A DNA stretch of 64,000 bases from Octopus vulgaris (lineage: Eukaryota). The translations under genes and the position numbers were made by a program. Positions 54,021 to 64,000 of this stretch are shown here, one piece after another. The notes below the pieces were generated by a model that was not told where the DNA came from, ran no database searches, and saw nothing but the letters and a program-made list of their open reading frames with translations. The stretch covers positions 5,022,001 through 5,086,000 of the forward strand of contig OX597839.1 in assembly GCA_951406725.2 (NCBI GenBank). The letters are read 5' to 3'. Position 1 is the first letter of the stretch, and every line of letters starts with the position of its first letter.

Positions 54021-54059
<39 letters not shown>

Positions 54060-54414
54060 TACATATACGTACCTACCTACATACATTCATATGTACACAT
54101 ATGTGCGTCTATATATATCCATGCATCTCTCTCTCTACACACACAGACACACACACTGTGCGACTGTTGAGGAATGTGCCATTTTCAGCTTTACATCTTT
54201 CGCGTTTGCTTTTATTAATTCCGATTTTTTTTTTTTCATCATCTCCATCCTTGCCAATGTCATCATAGCTTTTGTTAAACGTCTCAAACGTCTCCGGGTT
54301 CCGCCACGATCGTTAAATTTAGATTTTAGCATAAGGGGGGGAAGTTGATGGCTATTACTGTATGCACGCACGCGTGTGTCTGCGTCTGGAAGTACGTGTG
54401 CGTATGTGTGACGT

Positions 54415-54455
<41 letters not shown>

Positions 54456-54910
54456 TTTGTGTGTGATAGTTATTGCTCTTCTTTTCTGTAGGTAATACAA
54501 TATTTTTTGTTGAAAAATTCACTTTCATCTTCGTGCATTCCATATTCATATTTTAAAAATGCTTCGACTTTGCGGTATTATATAAATATGTATACACACA
54601 TACACGCACCCATAATACATACATACATACATACGTAAATACATACATGCATCCATACATACATACATACATACATACATACATACATACATACATACAT
54701 ACATACATACATACATACATGCATAAATACATACATACACACAAACACAGAAATAAATGCGCGTGTACGTATATACACAAGTATTTATGAATGCATTTAT
54801 ATATCGCTGGCTTGAAAGATTGATGTAGGTATGTATGCATGTATTCGTGCGAACATATCCCCATGTATATATATATCTATATATATATATATTTGTATAT
54901 ATATATAAAT

Positions 54911-54945
<35 letters not shown>

Positions 54946-55196
54946 CCTGTATATATATGTATATATATACACATATATATATGTATGTATATGTATGTAT
55001 TTGTAGGCATGTATATGTATATACTTATATGTATATATACATATACATATACCTACACTTTCATGTACATATAAGTATGCATTAGTGTATAAATTACATA
55101 TATATCTACCTACACATATGAATTTGTTTATATAAGACATCATACCTATATGCATGTATATATATATATACATACATATATATATATATATACTAT

Positions 55197-55235
<39 letters not shown>

Positions 55236-55849
55236 GTATATACATTTAAATATATATGCGTATATATGTGTTTGTATGAGTGTATATATGCATATATATA
55301 TATGTGTGTGTGTATGTGTTTGCACACGCTCTCCTTCACAAACCCACACATGTATGTACATATCTATCTTGCTCTCTCTCTCTCTCTCTCTCTCTGTGTG
55401 TCTTTCTCTCTCTATCTATATATCTATCTATATAGTACTTACACGCATTCATATTTAATACTTTAGGTAATATACTGAGGCATTCTTTTTATTGATGTGA
55501 AAAAAAAAATGCAATCGATTTAATATCTCCATATTTCTAGTCTGAAGCCTTTTTTTTTTTAACTCGACACTCGCCTTGTGTATGTCTACATCCTCCTTCT
55601 TTCTGTCTGGTGAGACCGAATTTGAAATTAAATATAATTTAATTCAAAAATATATGTACGTAAAACATAGGCCAAATCATAGCACTATGGTTTAAGGTGT
55701 TTGCTTTGTTATCACATGCCTTCGTGTGTCAGTTGTTTGACAGAGACTTTGAGCATGTGTCTCTCACGCAGAGATCGGACCAACTAGTGATCATGAGTGC
55801 AATTGTATATCTTTATATATATATATATTGTTCAATTATAGGTTGGATA

Positions 55850-55968
55850 AGCCCTTCTCTCACTCTTTCTTCTGTTGGCCTACTCGCTTAGCCAGCGGGG
55901 TGGCGCCATTTGAAGGCTAAAACAATGCGAAGCGCATTCTAATAGCTTGGTCGGTAACGGTGACGGTG
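55850..55968 (+). mobile_element. SINE family C tail-i fragment
   Basis: ttctgttggcctactcgcttagccagcggggtggcg...gaaggctaaaacaatgcg. Confidence 0.85.
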
Positions 55969-56851
55969 ATATATGTACATATAATCAGTAGATAGGGATA
56001 AATCAAAAGGGAATAGTAATATCCGATGAATTACTGGTTCGTTACTTAATATTTGTTGTAAATATTAATTATAATACTCATGAATAACAGGTCATTAGAT
56101 ACACCAAGTTTATATTTACTTAAGAAAAATAAGAAACTGGAAATACATCAATTAATAAGTATATTTATTAACTGCAAAAATAAGCATGATTCATACTTTA
56201 AAGATTATAATTGCAATAATTATATCATTTTATAAAGCAGAACCACCTCGTCAAAGGCAGAAAAAAGATATATATACATACATACATACATACATACATA
56301 CATACATACATACACACATACATATTTTGTGCATATGCATATATATGGCCGCTGTTCAATGACTGAAATAGTAAAATATAAAATTTGAAAAGAATATTGG
56401 TATATTTAGGAAGAATTATATTTAAAATGCCTATAAACATATTTACTCTATCATTATGTATTGCTACTTATATTTTGGATCGGTCTTCGTGTTTCGTGGA
56501 ACTACTTATGCCTAGAAAAAAAACTTGTAACTTAAAATTTTGAATTAGCAACAAATGACTGGCTTTATACTCTTTATACTCTTCTTTTTTCAGTTAGAGG
56601 GCTCGCACTTTCTATGGTTATTCAAAACCGTCCAAGGGTGGTCGTGCACATCTTTACATTTCCCCAGTCACCTCGCAAAGCCATTAAAAAATCAATAGAA
56701 GTGACTTTTTTGTGAATTTTCTATCCAAAACCCAATCAAAATGCCTGAAACTTGATACGCGAATTGAACGCCAGCTAGCTGTATGTGATTATTCGGAGAT
56801 TTGGACAGTACTCGCGTGTATGTGCCCACGCACGCAGCTGTATATGCATGC

Positions 56852-56892
56852 ACTAGCACTATGACCAGGCAACGCCGGGTCATAGTGCTAGT
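56852..56892. repeat. 41-bp palindrome resembling fused Helitron 3' ends
   Basis: actagcactatgacc-aggcaacgccg-ggtcatagtgctagt. Confidence 0.75.
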
Positions 56893-58016
56893 ATATACTA
56901 AAATTAACCGTTCGATAATGGCTGACAAAGAAAATACAGTGTCTCTACCATCAAGTAATATCTATGTCCCAGTTACCACGAATGTCTTTAATTAATATGT
57001 GAATTGATCTATCCAAGAGTGTCACACCGCTAAACTTAGTGACTATTTAAGCAATGTGTTCGTGGATGGTTAACGGGTTGAATGCGATGATGAAGAAGGA
57101 ACTAGAACTCAAAAAAGCCTACCTTCAGTCACATCGTTTACATAGACATGTTCGTATGCGATATGTCGTAACTTTCTGTGCTCGCTCTAAATTCCATGGA
57201 AAAAAAAACGAAGAGATAAACTTACAAATAAAAACAACGCACTGCTAACACGAAAAGTAGGACAAGGTATTGACTTACAAAAGTTTAATATACTTAGTAT
57301 ATTACGGATGCCAAAAGAAATACGGTGTCCCTACGAGCAATGAATAATATAAGTAGCAGTTAACGGGAATGTGCTTAATATGTAAATTGGTCTATCCTGT
57401 AGTGTTAGACAGCTAAATCTAGTGGGTATTTAAGGAATGTGTTCGTGGATCGTTACTGGATAGGTTGTGGTACTGACGAAAGTGCAATAACTCCTGAAAA
57501 TACATATACACCCATTACCTCTTTTATCTTCGAGCACATTGTTTACATAAGCGCATGCAGATAGCAAACATCGTAAATTTTGGTGATAACTTTAAAGTCA
57601 ATAGAAAAATTTTAATCTTGTATTTTTTACCACACACAAACACACACACATAAAATAATTTAAACACGTGCACACACAAAAAATACGCATACGCAAACAC
57701 AAAATAATTCAAACATACAAAAGTCTACACACACATACACACGCACGCACATATGCACAAGTTCAAAAATATGTATGAAGTGGATCAGAAGGAACTTCAA
57801 AACCCAAATAGTAAAGCCTACACTAAATAAAGCTACATATTTTAGCCAGTTCTATAAGCTTTCTCATAAACAATAATTCTATTCACATTTTCAAAGTTTA
57901 AGGCTTATCGTTGTTGCTGCTGTTGTTGTTGATTGTTGTTACTGCGGTATAAGTTACTTCTGCGGAAGTTCGTTTTTCAATAACATTCGTATGGAAAGTA
58001 AACTTTGATAAACCCG

Positions 58017-58068
<52 letters not shown>

Positions 58069-58167
58069 TACACACACATATGTATGTGTGTGTATAGTAT
58101 ATATGTGTATATGTGTCGTGTTTATAGATGTGTTCGTAAATATGTGTACATACGTGTACACATATAT

Positions 58168-58213
<46 letters not shown>

Positions 58214-58317
58214 ATATATATATGTGTGTGTGTGTGTGTATATATATAAACATATACGCCTGTATATATCTATGTATACTTATGTATATATGTATATATA
58301 TATATCTGTATACATAC

Positions 58318-58364
<47 letters not shown>

Positions 58365-58975
58365 CACGCCTGCACGCACATACACACACATATAGGAACA
58401 CGTATATACACATATACATGCGTTCATGTTCGTGTATACTTGATTTCACAAGCAGAAGCATATGTACAATCACAGACAAGAAGGCCATACGATCAGAAAT
58501 GCGCACACTAACAAATATTTAATCATACTTCTGCACAGACGCCATTGAAAAATATCACACACAAAGGATAGCAAGTAAATAGCACCGCGTCTGTCACATA
58601 TATGCCCGAAAAAATAAGCTACACTTGCACACAAACCCACACTCCGTCTCACTTGCGCGCACATCTGGAATGAAAATACATCTTGACATTATCTTTTTCC
58701 TTAATGCATGAGTGACAATGATCTACAACGTGTTTTCTCTATCTCTATTTTACATACTTGCGTAATTGTTACAGAGTTATGGCTTTCTGACAATATCTAT
58801 GCATGCATGTGTGTATGTATGTATGTATGTATGTATGTATGTATGTATGTATGTATGTATGTATGTATGTATGTATGCATGTATGTATGTATGTATATAT
58901 TGTCTATATGTCTATGTATGCGCTGTATATGCACACATGTACGCGTGTTTGCATGTATGAGTTAAGTATCGATAA

Positions 58976-59023
<48 letters not shown>

Positions 59024-59113
59024 GCACGTTTGTATGTATGCATGAACGTATATGAAGGCGTGCGTGTGGATACATATAAATTTATGTCTGTAAACATTAC
59101 ATATATATATGCT

Positions 59114-59151
<38 letters not shown>

Positions 59152-59362
59152 TACAGGTATACGTATATATATATATATATGCATATATATATACATTCGT
59201 ATTCATATATGTATATATATATATATATATATATTGTGTGTGTGTGTGTGCTTGTGTGTGAGTATGAATATATAGTTGTTTTAATATATACTAATATATC
59301 TATATATGAATGAGAGTGTATGACAATGCAGATGCTCCATGTATCCATCAATATACATATGC

Positions 59363-59473
<111 letters not shown>

Positions 59474-59980
59474 TGTGTACAAAGGTATATGCGTATGCAT
59501 GCATTTACATAAGTGAATGTATTTGATTTTTAATTTATTTTATACATCTTTCATATTCTCACTTGCATTTTTAAAATATTTTCCATGTTATATAAATGCA
59601 TAAGCGCACACATGTATAGACACAGGCAGACACACTTCCAGACCTCCATACATATATTCACGTTCATATTCATATCTATACAATATTTTATACATATGCC
59701 CAGAAAACATGGTTGGCTACACGGAACCAACTCACGTATGCAATACTTCTCTATACATTCATACCTATATTATTTGAAATGTTCAAAGTACTACAAAGGA
59801 ACCCTATATACTCCGATATATTAAAAGCCTATTCTCCTCATGCATATGTAGTTATATTGTTGTAAATATGCCTAACCAGAGAGACACCGACTCATACAAG
59901 CATTTAGGAATGTACTCACAAACCCACAAGCACAGTCGTTCTTATCCGCAGTATATATATATATAAATATATATTATACA

Positions 59981-60145
59981 GGCGTAGGAGTGGATGTGTT
60001 GTAAGTAGCTTGCTTATGAACCACATAGTTCCGGGATCAGTCCCACTGCGTGGCATCTTGGGCAAGTGTCTTGTACTATAGCCTCGGGCCGACCACAGCC
60101 TTGTGAGTGGATTTGGTAGACAGAAACTGAAAGAAGCCCGTTGCA

Positions 60146-60200
<55 letters not shown>

Positions 60201-60419
60201 TTGTGTGTGTGTGTGTGTGTGTATGTGTGCGTATATGTTTGTGTGTCTGTGTTTGTCCCCCCAACATCGCTTGACAACCGATGCTGGTGTGTTTATGTCC
60301 CCCGTTCGGCAAAAGAGACCGATAGAATAAGTACTAGGCTTACAAAGAATAAGTGCTGGGGGCGATTTGTTCCAGCATGGCCACAGTCAAATGACTAAAA
60401 CAAGTAAAAGAGTAAAAGA

Positions 60420-60420
<1 letters not shown>
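59981..60420 (+). mobile_element. SINE family A, near full length
   Basis: Multi-copy match. Confidence 0.93.
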
Positions 60421-60460
<40 letters not shown>

Positions 60461-60475
60461 TATTTATAAGCATGC

Positions 60476-60526
<51 letters not shown>

Positions 60527-60949
60527 TGTTGTGTTAATAAATGCGTCTGCATTTATAGATAGCCATAAAAGGACGTCTAACCAGAAATGCCTGGTTGTAT
60601 GTATATAAGATGTATATATGCACACACATCAGACAAGGCTGTGTAGTTAAGAAGGTCGCTTTGCAAAAACGTGGTCTCTATTTCAGCCTCACTCAGCAGC
60701 ACGCCTTATTATCGAACACACTCACCGTTTCAATTTCCCCTCATATATTGCATTTTTTCCTGAAATTTTCTTTGCTTCTTGCACCATCTTTAATAGTCGT
60801 TGACTCTCTCACGCAGCTACATTGTTTTTGTTTGTTTGTGGGCATGTTTGTGTGTGTACGTGTGTGTGGCGTGTGCGTGTGTGTATATGGTCATGTGTCC
60901 TTTTGTGTATGTATGTGTGTGTGCTTGTCTGTCAGTATTACCCATGCAC

Positions 60950-60982
60950 CTATCTATCTACTTAACTATCTGTTTGCCTACA

Positions 60983-61017
<35 letters not shown>

Positions 61018-61106
61018 ATCTATTTATCTATCTATCTATCTATCTATCTATATCTATTTATCTATGTATCTATCTAACTATCTATATCTATCGATCTATC
61101 AACCTA

Positions 61107-61140
<34 letters not shown>

Positions 61141-61302
61141 CCTAGCTACCTATCTATCTATCTATCTATCTATCTACCTAGCTACCTATCTATCCATCTA
61201 TCTATCTATCTATCTATATATCTATATATCTATCTATCTATCTACCTATATCTATCTATCTATCTACCTATATCTATGTATATCTATCTATCTATCTATC
61301 TA

Positions 61303-61310
<8 letters not shown>
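60950..61310. repeat. (TATC)n microsatellite
   Basis: Direct observation. Confidence 0.96.
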
Positions 61311-61340
<30 letters not shown>

Positions 61341-61543
61341 AACAAATTACGGGGGCTTGGTTCACAGGTGATCTAAACGATTAAGCATGCTAGGTAAGTG
61401 CTGTAACGGATTACTAGTGTCCCAGGTTTAAAGCCATTGCAGATTTCCGATGCAGAGGATATATAATTAAAGAGGGTTGCAAATATTAAGGCAAGGCAAA
61501 CATCTCAAGTCATATACAATATTATTATAGGAAGAAATTCAAA

Positions 61544-61599
61544 CTCTTACAGCTGTTTCTGGGATATCCCTGAATATGGGACATTCCGTCATCAGAGAC
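61544..61599 (-). ncRNA. Type I hammerhead ribozyme, intact core
   Basis: tct-CTGATGA-c-ggaatgtccc(atattca)gggatatccc-a-GAAA-cagctg-TA/aga; palindromic ACAGCTGT. Confidence 0.75.
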
Positions 61600-62550
61600 A
61601 AATTAAGGAAAAATATGGAAAATGAGAATCGTGTATATCAATACGATGACAACATAGAGGAAGGGAGTAAAAGAATCAGGAGATGTAAAGAGAAAAAAAA
61701 ACACAATTATAACAGTTCATAGTTCAAGAAACCAAAGCATGCGTCCTTAGGTGCAATCCTGCCTAGATCCATGAGCGTAAGTCTTTTAGAGCGATCCTGC
61801 GTATATCCATGTGGGTTAAATTCCTAATATAGTAGACATCCCAAGAAAAAAAGACGCCAACATGTCAACGTTCAATAACAGAATGGTAGCGGTGGTAGCT
61901 CTTAATTGGTAAAAGTAAAGAATATAAATAGAAAGAAAGGTGTATAAAGTATTGTAACAAAATGCAATATACTACGGATTCAGGCAAAACGAAATCATTC
62001 CAGGAACGACCACGTGCGCACCAAAAATCATATGTTTCTAGGAGTAATTCCAGGGAGTGAGCTGCGGAAAATAATATTAAATTTAAAATATTGAGGAAGT
62101 GCACACTTTGTTTTAATAGTAACACAGAAATTTCAGGTTATGCTTAGAGAAGAAAATAATATTTCAAAATTATTCTAATCATTTGGATATCTACCTAAAG
62201 TGTAGGAGCGAGTCTTTTACACGTATACACACGAGAGAAGATATATGTTGCCTTTCTTACAAGAATCACCATAACTATAATCAATATGTCATCCAATAGG
62301 GGTACCACCACAATCACATGCTGAAAATCCAGCAAGATCAATAGAAATTTACTTTCATTCGAAGAAAGAAAAATTGTTAGCAACTCTCAAAATACAGATG
62401 AAATTCAGAAAGGAATACTCTGAGAAGATATTTCTAAAATGTTCCAGAAATAGAACCCGAGGATACTTTCAGTAATATTTTCATAAGCGCAAATTCTGTA
62501 GTTGAATTTATGGCGAATTTTGTCATCATTGATGTCGTTGTTGTTCCAGT

Positions 62551-62933
62551 GGAGGCGCAATGGCCCAGTGGTTAGGGCAGCGGACTCGCGGTCGTAGGAT
62601 CGCGGTTTCGATTCCCAGACCGGGCGTTGTGAGTGTTTATTCAGCGAAAACACTTAAAGCTCCACGAGGCTCCGGCAGGGTGTGGTGGTGATCCCTGCTG
62701 TACTCTTTCACCACAACTTTCTCTCACTCTTACTTCCTGTTTCTGTTGTACCTGTATTTCAAAGGGGCGGCCTTGTCACTCTCTGTGTCACGCTGAATAT
62801 CCCCGAGAACTGCGTTAAGGGTACACGTGTCTATGGAGTGCTCAGCCACTTACACGTTAATTTCACGAGCAGGCTGTTCCGTTGATTCGGATCAACCGGA
62901 ACCCTCGTCGTCGTAACCGACAGAGTGCTTCCA
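62551..62933 (+). mobile_element. SINE family C (tRNA-Arg-like head), tail-ii, full length, probable TSD ttgttgttcc
   Basis: Same head as 40792; ttgttgttcc at 62538-62547 and 62934-62943. Confidence 0.92.
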
Positions 62934-63207
62934 TTGTTGTTCCTGCTGTTGTTCCTTCTATTCACGCCTTGTTTGGTGCTCATCATTTTTTGTTGCTTCT
63001 TACCGTCTCTAATTCATATGTTTGTGGTCAAATATATTCTATTCCGAAATATTTTTAATGTTTGTGTATGTTATTGTCATTGTTACTATAATCATATTCG
63101 CTTTATATTTATATATTTTTGTTTTGCATTTCTTGTTGTTATTGAACGCTGATGTTTTAGTTGAAGTTTCTGAATCTAATATGTCTCTTTAGTAAATTCA
63201 TGTTATG

Positions 63208-63255
<48 letters not shown>

Positions 63256-63458
63256 AAATATATATATATATATATATGTATGTATATATATATATATATA
63301 TATATACATACACATATACATACATGCATACAAGCACGCACGCACACATACACAAGCACAGACATACATATACATGTAGTTAGGTAGATTGATATATATT
63401 GATAGAGAGAGAGAGAGTGAGAGACATATGCATACATGCATATATATACAAACATACA

Positions 63459-63524
<66 letters not shown>

Positions 63525-64000
63525 TACATACATTTCTTATGTTTTATATTTTATATTTCCTATTTTGAATTTTCTTTAATTTTTCTTCTGAACGTTTGTC
63601 CTCCAGTTTGATGTTGTAGTTGTTAAAGTACTCCTCAACATTGTTCAACAAGTGAGTCTTTTTCGTTTTTGATGGTATTTTTCCACTGCCATAGCTGCAG
63701 CTATTTTCGTTGCTTTGTTTTGCATAATCATTTTCCTAATGTCTGTTGACTTCGCCTTTTTTTTTTATTATTATTTCACATTCGTATTTGTCGAATTTTC
63801 TTATTATTGTTCTTATATTTTGTGGTCGTTTTGTGTTGTAATTGTGGTCATGGCTATACAAGTAATGCCGGTGGTGGTGGTCGTTGTGGGGTTGGAGTTT
63901 TGTGTTATTTCTTGACAAGCTTTTTGGCTTTTTTATGTTATTGTTATTTAGTGTGTTTGTAAATAGATTTGTAAGAATAAATACCAGCAGAGAGACAGAG

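Noticed and set aside
57470-57505. CTGACGA...GAAA motif
   Set aside because: No credible stem II or stem III.

Overview
AT-rich, microsatellite-saturated eukaryotic non-coding DNA, intergenic or deep intronic. The SINE families resemble those I recall from octopus genomes, so a cephalopod source is likely (inference). No host protein-coding gene is supportable: almost all ORFs in the track are (TA)n/(CA)n/(AAT)n/(GAT)n artefacts. Recognisable content: many copies of at least four tRNA-headed SINE types; fragments of RLE-type LINEs (HERO-like, R4/Dong-like), an RTE LINE and a CR1/L2-like LINE; three Tc1/mariner-superfamily transposase relics; a MITE pair with internal TTAGGG repeats; a ~128-bp satellite; and a palindromic Helitron-like end. 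The strongest unexplained signal is a dense set of minimal type-I hammerhead-ribozyme motifs (stem I-CUGANGA-stem II-GAAA-palindromic stem III-UH-stem I'). Five have an intact core and about ten more are variant or degenerate. They sit in short AT-rich elements inserted at (TA)n tracts, several in the loop of long fold-back repeats, which fits multiple families of non-autonomous Penelope-like elements. All coordinates and alignments were read by eye and element ends may be off by several bases.
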